38,662 nt of DNA from Candidatus Limnocylindrales bacterium (lineage in GTDB: Bacteria > Moduliflexota > Moduliflexia > Moduliflexales > JAUQPW01). A program made the translations under genes and the position numbers. The stretch is from positions 1 through 38,662 of the forward strand of contig DATMBG010000055.1 in NCBI GenBank assembly GCA_035559535.1. The letters run 5' to 3'. Positions 17,134 to 25,159 of this stretch are shown here, piece by piece (the first letter of the stretch is position 1; every line of letters begins with the position of its first letter). The notes under the pieces are model-generated. The model had not been told where the DNA came from. It saw nothing but the letters and a program-made list of their open reading frames with translations, and searched no databases.

Positions 17134-18732
17134 TTAAATCTTAATCAACTTAACCACCTGCATCTCCGGGATTTGTCGGAGTCTGGCCAGCACTTCTTCG
17201 GGAACATAATCATCTACCGTGAGGATACTGATGGCCGTTCCACCCCGTTTCTCCCGTCCCAACTGCATTCCTGCAATATTGATTCCGGCATCTCCGAGGA
17301 TAGTTCCAATTTTACCGATCATTCCGGGTATATCTTTGTTGACATGGATTAACATGTACCCCTGGAGATCTGCTTCCACATGGAGGTGATCGACCCGGAC
17401 CAGTTTCAATTCCTTTTTTCCGAGAATAGTTCCGGCGACCGAGTAAGTTTTCTTATCGGTTTTAAGGGTTACCGTGATTAGGCTGGCATAATCTTCGCTG
17501 CTGGAGATTTTGGATTCGACCACGTGAATGCCACGTTCTTTTGCGATGATGGGCGCGTTGACAAAATTTACGTTGGAGGAAGTAATAGGATCTAGCAATC
17601 CCTTCAAAACGGCTACCGGGATAGAAGAGGTTTCGTGCTTTAAAATCTCACCGGTAAGCTGAATCTGGACTTCCTCCATATGTCCTTCGGACCACTGGGA
17701 AACAAAGCTTCCCAATTTTTCGCTCAAAGACAGGAAAGGAAGTAAATAGCTGGCCGATTCCGGGGGAATGGAAGGAAAATTCGCGGCACTGAAAGGAATA
17801 CCCTGTTTTAAAAACTTGACAAACTGCTCGGCAATGGCGATGGAAACATTAATTTGAGCTTCTTTAGTAGAAGCCCCCAGGTGGGGCGTACAGATGACAT
17901 TATCCAGCGCGATAAGCGGAGAATGGGGTGGCGGAGGCTCCTCCTCGAAAACATCCAAAGCCGCACCGGCCACATGACCCGATTGGAGGGCTTCATAGAG
18001 TGCTTGCTCATCGATCATCTCTCCCCGTGCACAGTTGATGATTCGAACGCCTTTTTTTACTTGAGCCAGGGTTTTTGCGTTTAAAAGATGTCGGGTATCT
18101 GGAGTCAAGGCAGCATGGAGAGAAATATAATCCGACTCCCGGAACAGCCGATCCAATTCCACCAATTCTATCTCCATTTTAGCTGCAAGCTCTGTGGAGA
18201 TATATGGATCATAGGCAATGACCCGCATATTAAAACCTTTCATGGCCCGTTTAGCAACCTCTGAACCGACACGACCCATTCCGATAATGCCCAATGTTTT
18301 TCCGGAGAGTTCTACCCCTTCAAATTTTTTCCGTTCCCACTTATGCTGTTTCATGGAGGCATTAGCTTGAGGAATATTTCGAGAAAGGGCCAGTATCATG
18401 GAAAGGGCATGCTCGGCTGTGGTGATGGTATTGGCTCCGGGCGTATTCATTACCACAATCCCTCTCTTACTGGCCGCCGATAAATCAATATTATCCAATC
18501 CGGTTCCTGCCCGACCGATGACCCGCAGGCGTTTTCCGGCTTCAATGACATCAGCATCCACTTTGGTCGCACTCCTTACGATGAGCCCCTCATACTCCTG
18601 GATACAGGAAATCAGCTCATCTCGAGACATACTGGTATGAACATCGGTTACGATGCCTTCTTTCTGAAGAATTTCAACTCCCTCGGGTGAGAGTCCATCG
18701 CTCACGAGTACTTTTATCATAGAACTGCTCAC
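17134..18732 (-). CDS. serA: D-3-phosphoglycerate dehydrogenase (type I, ASB+ACT domains)
   Basis: LIVRSATKV, IGRAGTGLDNID, GMGRVG, INCARG, ALDVF, TPHLGAST and a C-terminal ACT domain NKDIPGMIGKIG. Confidence 0.97.
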   Translation of the reverse strand: MSSSMIKVLVSDGLSPEGVEILQKEGIVTDVHTSMSRDELISCIQEYEGLIVRSATKVDADVIEAGKRLRVIGRAGTGLDNIDLSAASKRGIVVMNTPGANTITTAEHALSMILALSRNIPQANASMKQHKWERKKFEGVELSGKTLGIIGMGRVGSEVAKRAMKGFNMRVIAYDPYISTELAAKMEIELVELDRLFRESDYISLHAALTPDTRHLLNAKTLAQVKKGVRIINCARGEMIDEQALYEALQSGHVAGAALDVFEEEPPPPHSPLIALDNVICTPHLGASTKEAQINVSIAIAEQFVKFLKQGIPFSAANFPSIPPESASYLLPFLSLSEKLGSFVSQWSEGHMEEVQIQLTGEILKHETSSIPVAVLKGLLDPITSSNVNFVNAPIIAKERGIHVVESKISSSEDYASLITVTLKTDKKTYSVAGTILGKKELKLVRVDHLHVEADLQGYMLIHVNKDIPGMIGKIGTILGDAGINIAGMQLGREKRGGTAISILTVDDYVPEEVLARLRQIPEMQVVKLIKI

Positions 18733-18744
18733 TTCATAGGATCC

Positions 18745-18810
18745 AGAGACATAAAGACGCGGTGATATGGAGATTTCCTATATCACCGCGTCTTCATATC
18801 TCCACGTCCT
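18745..18810. repeat. Intergenic inverted repeat built from 8-mer repeat units between der and serA
   Basis: AAGACGCGGTGATAT...ATATCACCGCGTCTT stem; the units resemble GAGACACG/GAGACGCG. Confidence 0.7.
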
Positions 18811-18813
18811 TCC

Positions 18814-20148
18814 TTATTCTCGTCTCCCTCGAAAAATAAGCCGAATCGGGGTACCTTCAAAGCCTAGATGCTCCCGAATCTGGTTCTCTAAATACCGCTT
18901 ATAAGAAAAATGAATTCCCTGGGGATAATTACAAAATATAATAAAGGTAGGGGGCTTGATGTTAACCTGAGTGATATAAAAAAGCTTTACATATCGCCCC
19001 TGGAAGGATGGCGGTTGAAAGTTTTTAACTGCCGACTCTAAAATTTTATTTAACTCAGAGGTAGAGACTTTTTTAGTATACTCGGCAAAAACCCGATCTA
19101 CCCATTCTATGATTTTAAAAACCCGCTTCCCTGTTAAAGCTGAAATGAAGAGGATGGGAGCATAATCGAGATACTTAAACCGTTGTCGGATCTTTTCTAT
19201 ATAGGGTTGGGTTGAAGGGTGATCTTTTTCAACCAGATCCCATTTATTGACCACCAGGATACATCCCCGACCGGCCTCGTGGATATGTCCGGCAATACGC
19301 ACATCTTGGTCTGTAACCCCTTCCCCGGCATCAATCATCATCAAAGCAATATCGCTTCGCTCCAGACTTCGAAAGGCACGGACTACACTATATCGTTCAA
19401 CGGCTTGATTTATACGACTTTTCCGTCGAATTCCGGCAGTATCAATCAAAATATATTTTCGTCCGTTAATGATAATCGGGGTATCGATGGAATCCCGGGT
19501 GGTACCGGGTTCATCAGCCACCAAAACCCGCTCTTCTCCTAACAGATAGTTTACCAGAGAAGATTTTCCCACGTTGGGTCTTCCAACGACGGCTATCTTA
19601 ATGGATTCCGCTTCCGCCTCTTCCGGGAGGTTATCCTGAGAAGGAAGTTGTCGACAGATAGCATCTAACAGTTCATCCAGTCGGTAGCCATGCTCTGCCG
19701 AGATAGGATAAATTTTGTCAACTCCCAGCTTATAAAACTCCAAAACTTTATCTTCCTGCTTGGAACTATCGATTTTGTTTACTACATAAAAGACTGGTTT
19801 ATTAACTTTCCTGAGGATCTGAACCACATCATAATCTGAAGGAACCAGCCCTTCTTTTGCATCCATCAGAAAAACAATGGCATCGGCTTCCTCCAGGGCT
19901 ATCTGAGTTTGCCGACGCATCAGAGAAAGCATTTTATCCTTGGATTCTGGTTCCAGTCCCCCTGTATCGACTACATCAAACCTGTGACCCACCCATTCAC
20001 ATTCTCCATAAATCCGATCTCGTGTAACTCCCGGCAGATTTTCAATAATCGCCCTTCGTTTTCCGATAAGTCGGTTAAATAAGGTGGATTTCCCCACATT
20101 AGGCCGTCCGATGATGGCAACCACAGGCTTTGTTTTATTAGACGTCAT
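18814..20148 (-). CDS. der: Ribosome biogenesis GTPase Der (EngA)
   Basis: Two GRPNVGKS P-loops, DTGG/DTAG, NKID/NKWD and a C-terminal KH-like domain with GFEGTPI. Confidence 0.98.
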   Translation of the reverse strand: MTSNKTKPVVAIIGRPNVGKSTLFNRLIGKRRAIIENLPGVTRDRIYGECEWVGHRFDVVDTGGLEPESKDKMLSLMRRQTQIALEEADAIVFLMDAKEGLVPSDYDVVQILRKVNKPVFYVVNKIDSSKQEDKVLEFYKLGVDKIYPISAEHGYRLDELLDAICRQLPSQDNLPEEAEAESIKIAVVGRPNVGKSSLVNYLLGEERVLVADEPGTTRDSIDTPIIINGRKYILIDTAGIRRKSRINQAVERYSVVRAFRSLERSDIALMMIDAGEGVTDQDVRIAGHIHEAGRGCILVVNKWDLVEKDHPSTQPYIEKIRQRFKYLDYAPILFISALTGKRVFKIIEWVDRVFAEYTKKVSTSELNKILESAVKNFQPPSFQGRYVKLFYITQVNIKPPTFIIFCNYPQGIHFSYKRYLENQIREHLGFEGTPIRLIFRGRRE

Positions 20149-20301
20149 GGTGGTTTAAAAAATTTAACTCAATAAATCTTCTGGTTTCATTCAAACCCAT
20201 GCAACCCGGTATGCTTTTATTTACATCATACCCTGGGAATTCGTCAAGGTTAATAACAGGACACCCAGGTCCAAAGAATTAAGCGTGAGAAAAGAATTTA
20301 C

Positions 20302-20330
20302 TTGAAGCCTTCCAGGTCTTTTGCTAGTAT
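20302..20330 (+). promoter_or_regulatory. Candidate sigma70 promoter for the substrate-binding protein gene
   Basis: TTGAAG, 17 nt, TAGTAT preceded by TGn (extended -10). Confidence 0.55.
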
Positions 20331-20397
20331 GGTTAAACTTTTATTCATTTCTTTATAGGGTAGATATGGTATGGGGTTTAAAGGAGGCTTTTAAACT

Positions 20398-21684
20398 ATG
20401 GAACATTTACTTATAAACCGTCGCCAATTCATTAAAAGGATGGCCGGAACCCTGGCAGGGTTATCCAGTTTTGCTATTTTTCGGCCTGCTCAGGTTACAG
20501 CAACAACTCCTGAGCTGACCATGCTTAGCTGGAATCATTTTGTTCCGGCCTTTGATGAAAAATTGAAAGAAGTAGCTGCCAGATTTGCCAGAGAAGCAGG
20601 AGTCGTGGTTCGAGTAGACCACATGCCCCATTTGCAAATTCCGGCTAAATTAGCTTCGGAGATTCACGCCCAGGCCGGGCATGATATTGTTTGGATGGCC
20701 GAAGGATCTCCCTGGCTTTATCACGAACATTTAATAGATGTGGACGATGTCGTCGTAGCGTTGGGGGAAAAACAAGGCGGGTTCTATTCCTTTGCTAAAG
20801 AGGGGGCTTTTGTAAAGGACTCATGGAAAGCGGTTCCCTGGTATTGGTTTGCCTTTCCAGGGTTATACCGGGAGGACCTCTTCGGACAGGCGGGGCTTCA
20901 GGCTCCCGATAGTTGGGAAGATCTTTTAAATGCCGGACGGATTTTGAAGAAACAAGGACATCCGGTAGGAATTCCTATCAGCCAGTGTACCGATGCTTAT
21001 AACACTTTCTGGGCAGTTCTCTGGGGATTTGGGGGGAAGGTTCTGGAAGCAGACGGAAAAACCATCGCTTTAAATTCTCCCGAAACGGTCACAACTCTGG
21101 AGTATTATAAGAGTTTGTATGAAGAAGCTATGGATCCAGAAGTCCTATCCTGGGATGATGCCGGTAATAACCGGTTTCTTATATCCGGAAAGGGATGCTG
21201 GATCCACAATCCCATCAGTGCCTACTTATCCGCCGTTGACAAGAAAATGGATATTGCCAACAAAATCGGTATTCACTCGACTCCCAAAGGACCTGCCGGA
21301 AGATTTGTAGCACTTCCTATCCATGAACTGGGAATTTGGAGGTTTTCAAAAAATCAAGAACTGGCAAAAACCTTCCTTCAATACTTGATAGAACCCGAAA
21401 ACTATGTGGAGTTAATGATAGCAGGGGAGGGATTCAGTCAGGGGGTTTTCAAAGCCTATGAGAATCATCCCCTGTGGATGGAGAATCCGAAGTTTAAAAT
21501 TCTACCTGGGGAAGCCAGATTTGCTCACTCCCAGGGCTGGCCTTCTCCGCCCAATCCCTACATCCAACGGATCGATAATTTATACATCTTGCCTAATATG
21601 GTTGCTAAAGTTGTAAACGGAACCCCGATTAAAACGGCCATAGCCTGGGCCGAAGAGGAAATTAAAAGAGTTTTAGAAAGTTAG
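20398..21684 (+). CDS. ABC transporter extracellular solute-binding protein (carbohydrate-type family 1), Tat-exported
   Basis: NRRQFIK Tat motif; WNHFVP, AVPWY, YREDLF, PDSWEDLL and SWDDAGNNR; SD AAGGAGG. Confidence 0.88.
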   Translation: MEHLLINRRQFIKRMAGTLAGLSSFAIFRPAQVTATTPELTMLSWNHFVPAFDEKLKEVAARFAREAGVVVRVDHMPHLQIPAKLASEIHAQAGHDIVWMAEGSPWLYHEHLIDVDDVVVALGEKQGGFYSFAKEGAFVKDSWKAVPWYWFAFPGLYREDLFGQAGLQAPDSWEDLLNAGRILKKQGHPVGIPISQCTDAYNTFWAVLWGFGGKVLEADGKTIALNSPETVTTLEYYKSLYEEAMDPEVLSWDDAGNNRFLISGKGCWIHNPISAYLSAVDKKMDIANKIGIHSTPKGPAGRFVALPIHELGIWRFSKNQELAKTFLQYLIEPENYVELMIAGEGFSQGVFKAYENHPLWMENPKFKILPGEARFAHSQGWPSPPNPYIQRIDNLYILPNMVAKVVNGTPIKTAIAWAEEEIKRVLES

Positions 21685-21837
21685 AAGAACAGAAAGGAAG
21701 GAAAGAATGGAAGAATGAAGGACTCCCTCCACAGAATCTCCAGAGGGTTTCCTTCCCTCCCATTCTTTCAGAAATAATTAAATTAAACCCACACCCTCCC
21801 AAAGCCAGGGGGTTTCTTTGAGCTCTTTTATACCGTT

Positions 21838-22209
21838 CTACGCCCGATTCTTTGTCTTATAATCCTGAATAGCCGTTTGAACGGCGTCCTCTGCCAACAT
21901 AGAACCATGAACGGTTGCCGGTTCAAGTCCTCCAAGAGCTTTGTCGATATCTTTATGTGAGATTTTAAGGGCTTCTTCCAGGGTTTTTCCTATCAGCATT
22001 TCTGTAACAACCGACCCGCTGGCTATGGCTGCCGGACACCCGTAGGTTTTAAATTTTGCTTCATAAATCTTATCCCCTTTAACCCGGATGTGTAAGCTCA
22101 TGATATCCCCACAGGCAGGATTGGTGACCCTTCCCTTGCCATCTGCATCTTCGATTTCACCCACATTTCTCGGATTTTCAAAATGATCGAGAAGTTGTTG
22201 GTTATACAT
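21838..22209 (-). CDS. iscU: IscU/NifU-type Fe-S scaffold-like protein (third Cys replaced by Gly)
   Basis: LDHFENPRNVG, NPACGD, FKTYGCPAAIAS and TVHGSMLAEDA. Confidence 0.85.
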   Translation of the reverse strand: MYNQQLLDHFENPRNVGEIEDADGKGRVTNPACGDIMSLHIRVKGDKIYEAKFKTYGCPAAIASGSVVTEMLIGKTLEEALKISHKDIDKALGGLEPATVHGSMLAEDAVQTAIQDYKTKNRA

Positions 22210-22267
22210 CCAACCAAAACAGTCCTGGGTCTTAAGTGACAGGTCTCATAAGTCTTTTTCTTATCAC

Positions 22268-23752
22268 CTAATACCCAGAACTTACTTCTTTAAGTTTTTC
22301 CCGAATAATCTCCCAGGCTCGACGGACATGTTTTTCTTCGGTACGTATATTACCGATGGCCAGGCGCAGGACGTACCGATTGTGTAACCTGGTGTGGGAC
22401 AAAAACACTTCATGGGTTCCGTTAATTGCCTCTAACAGGCGTTCATTCAAGTGGTTTAAGGTCTCTTCCTGATCCATATGGGGTGGGTGAGCCCGGAAGC
22501 AAATGGTACTGAAAGGAGTGGGAGTCATACGCTCGAAATTTGGGTCAGCATCGATCCATGCCGCAAAATCTTGAGCCAGTTGGATATGTTTACGGATTCG
22601 GGCCGCTATTCCCTCCCATCCGAAATATCTGAGCACAAACCACAGTTTTAGGGCTCTGAAACGTCGACCCAACTGAACCCCATAGTCCATGAGGTTCTCT
22701 ACCTGATGGTCCTGAGATGTACGAAGGTATTCCGGAACCAGGCTGAAGGCTCGCCGCAATATCTCCGGTTTACGGGTGTAGAAAGCACTGAGATCTACAG
22801 GCACAAACAGCCATTTGTGGGGATTCGTTACCAGGGAGTCCGCCCGATCACAACCTGCAAGGACATGACGCATTTCCGGTATCACTGCCGCCATCCCTCC
22901 GTAAGCTCCGTCCACATGTAGCCATAACCCTTCCCGTTCACAAATTTCTGCAATTTCAGGAACAGGGTCTATACTGGTAGTTGAAGTCGTACCCACCGTC
23001 GCGACCACACAGAAGGGCCTCCATCCTTGACGTCGATCCTCGTTAATAGCCTGAGCCAGAGCCTTCGGTTGCATCCGAAACCCTTCGTCCACGGGAATCT
23101 TGCGAACACCGGCCAGACCTATACCCAGGGTGATGGCGGCTTTATCCACAGAGGAATGGGCCTGTTCTGAAGTATAAAGCCTTAACCGGGGTACTTCAGT
23201 TCGACCTGCCAGACCTTGTTCGCGAATCTGTAAATCCATCAATTGCTCCCGTGCAGCAGCTATGGCGTGAAGGGTACTGATAGACGCCGTATCATAAATA
23301 ATCCCCCAGAACTCCTGGGGTAAACCCAGCATTTGCCGTAACCAGTCCAGGGTTACCTGCTCAAGTTCTGTGGCCGATGGACAGGTCTTCCATAACATGC
23401 CGTTGATGTTAAAAGCAGCACTGAGCAACTCCCCAAGTATACCCGGCCCACTGCCGGTGATGGAAAAATAGGCAAAGAAATTAGGGTGATTCCAATGGGT
23501 CATGCCAGGGAGGATAATTCTATCCACATCTGCCAGAATCGTTTCCATGGGCTCACCCAAGGTAGGCGGTAAGGATGGTAATTGGGCACGGATATCCCCG
23601 GGGGCTACATCTGGAAGTACCGGGTACTTCTCGATCTGTTCCAGATAATCGGCTATCCAGTCTACCAGTTGATGGGCAAATCGACGGAACTCCTCAGAGG
23701 GTAAATCCCCTAAGGAATGGGTTGTAGAGTTTGAAATATCCGGTTTTGTCAT
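22268..23752 (-). CDS. PLP-dependent group II decarboxylase (aromatic-L-amino-acid decarboxylase-like)
   Basis: PGMTHWNHPNFFAYF, PSATELE, HSSVDKA, ATVGTT, WLHVDGAYGG, NPHKW (PLP Lys) and LGRRFRALKLWF. Confidence 0.92.
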   Translation of the reverse strand: MTKPDISNSTTHSLGDLPSEEFRRFAHQLVDWIADYLEQIEKYPVLPDVAPGDIRAQLPSLPPTLGEPMETILADVDRIILPGMTHWNHPNFFAYFSITGSGPGILGELLSAAFNINGMLWKTCPSATELEQVTLDWLRQMLGLPQEFWGIIYDTASISTLHAIAAAREQLMDLQIREQGLAGRTEVPRLRLYTSEQAHSSVDKAAITLGIGLAGVRKIPVDEGFRMQPKALAQAINEDRRQGWRPFCVVATVGTTSTTSIDPVPEIAEICEREGLWLHVDGAYGGMAAVIPEMRHVLAGCDRADSLVTNPHKWLFVPVDLSAFYTRKPEILRRAFSLVPEYLRTSQDHQVENLMDYGVQLGRRFRALKLWFVLRYFGWEGIAARIRKHIQLAQDFAAWIDADPNFERMTPTPFSTICFRAHPPHMDQEETLNHLNERLLEAINGTHEVFLSHTRLHNRYVLRLAIGNIRTEEKHVRRAWEIIREKLKEVSSGY

Positions 23753-23958
23753 TTATAATCTCAAAACTATCGAAGCGCCACGTATTCAGAGATTTAAAAT
23801 AACTTTTTTAAGATCTCCGTACACGCTAGGCTTTTGAGGCTTAGAAATTAAATCCTGATTCCATGATAATTAATTCTATGTAAAACTGACATGGGGAGAA
23901 AAAAAAAGCAACAGGATTTTTGGAGTTTTGATGAAGATCGTTAAAACTGGCACTAAAT

Positions 23959-24273
23959 ATGCTTAAATTTAAAGAAGTATGTTTGAAAAGGAAACTCCTA
24001 GGGAGCAAGAAGTGTGGAAGGCTCTCGAGAGAAGAGAGGAAGATCCTTAAAACAGGATTAGATCCCATGATCCAGGAGGTGAGGAAAGTGCAAAATCCAT
24101 CTCATTCCACCGATTCAGAATATGCTTTGATTCGTGAGGTATTGAAAAAACTTTCAACTACCCAACATAGTCTGGAGGAGAGATTGAAAGCTTTAGGAGT
24201 CATCTTAAATGAAGAAGAAACAAAGAGTTCCTCTAAATCTGATCCAAAACACCCGGAGAGTAAAAAACCTTAA
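23959..24273 (+). CDS. Hypothetical protein
   Basis: 104-aa ORF filling the gap between two minus-strand genes; charged and helical, with no recognised motif. Confidence 0.5.
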   Translation: MLKFKEVCLKRKLLGSKKCGRLSREERKILKTGLDPMIQEVRKVQNPSHSTDSEYALIREVLKKLSTTQHSLEERLKALGVILNEEETKSSSKSDPKHPESKKP

Positions 24274-24293
24274 ACAGGGGAATGAAAGTTAAT

Positions 24294-25043
24294 TCATAGC
24301 CGGCCTTCTTTTAAAAACTGTCGGATCTCTTCCAGGTGAATGGCAAGTCCGTAGTGGGTTACAACCGAAGCAGACCGCCCATAACCTGGTTGAGAAAGAC
24401 CGACCCGGCTCACAATGCCTACTAATTCTTTTTTCTTATTGAAGAGGGGGGAACCGCTATCTCCAAAAACGGTCCCCCCATTAAATTGAAGCAATCTGGT
24501 CCCTCTTACCATCTTTTCATCGATGAATTGACCGATTTGGATGGAGGGGCTATAGCCATAGTAGTCTCGATCGGCGAACAGACTGGCATCGGCGGAGAGG
24601 AAGTTGGAAACCAAAATGACATCCTCAAAAAAGTTAACCTTTTTGGCCAGGCGGGCGTAACTTGAGAACGTATAATCCGTTTTAATCAAGCAGAGATCTT
24701 TCTCCCGGCGAATAAAGACTACCTGTCCTTTGATGGTATGATGGGTGAAATCCGGTGGCATATAAATATAGAGCGTTTGCTCCGTTTTTCCCGGAGGTTT
24801 CCAGATAAGATGGGCCGTGGTCAGGACAAGATGGGGGGATATAGGAACCCCTCCACCTCCCTGTTCAAGGCTGACCAACAAATATTTGAGCTGTTCAATA
24901 TCTGAACGGTCAAGCCGATGAGTACACCCAGATAGGCAGATGAAGAATAAAAAGAGCCAGGGGAAGCGACGAACGTGAAACGCCGGGCGAGGAAGAGTGA
25001 AAGCGGAAAGAGGAAGAATTAAAGACAAAAGAAAATGGCTCAT
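24294..25043 (-). CDS. Trypsin-like (S1) serine protease, probable lipoprotein
   Basis: LTTAH, DLCLIK and GDSGSP catalytic triad motifs; hydrophobic stretch ending in the LSGC lipobox. Confidence 0.8.
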   Translation of the reverse strand: MSHFLLSLILPLSAFTLPRPAFHVRRFPWLFLFFICLSGCTHRLDRSDIEQLKYLLVSLEQGGGGVPISPHLVLTTAHLIWKPPGKTEQTLYIYMPPDFTHHTIKGQVVFIRREKDLCLIKTDYTFSSYARLAKKVNFFEDVILVSNFLSADASLFADRDYYGYSPSIQIGQFIDEKMVRGTRLLQFNGGTVFGDSGSPLFNKKKELVGIVSRVGLSQPGYGRSASVVTHYGLAIHLEEIRQFLKEGRL

Positions 25044-25159
25044 GTCCCTGCTATTTTTAAGAATTTTGTTAGTCCTTTTAAGAGTCTTGAAATCCCTATT
25101 AGCCGGAAAAATCTTTAGGAGCTTTACCTTTATTCTACCTTTTCTATCCCTTTTGCCTT

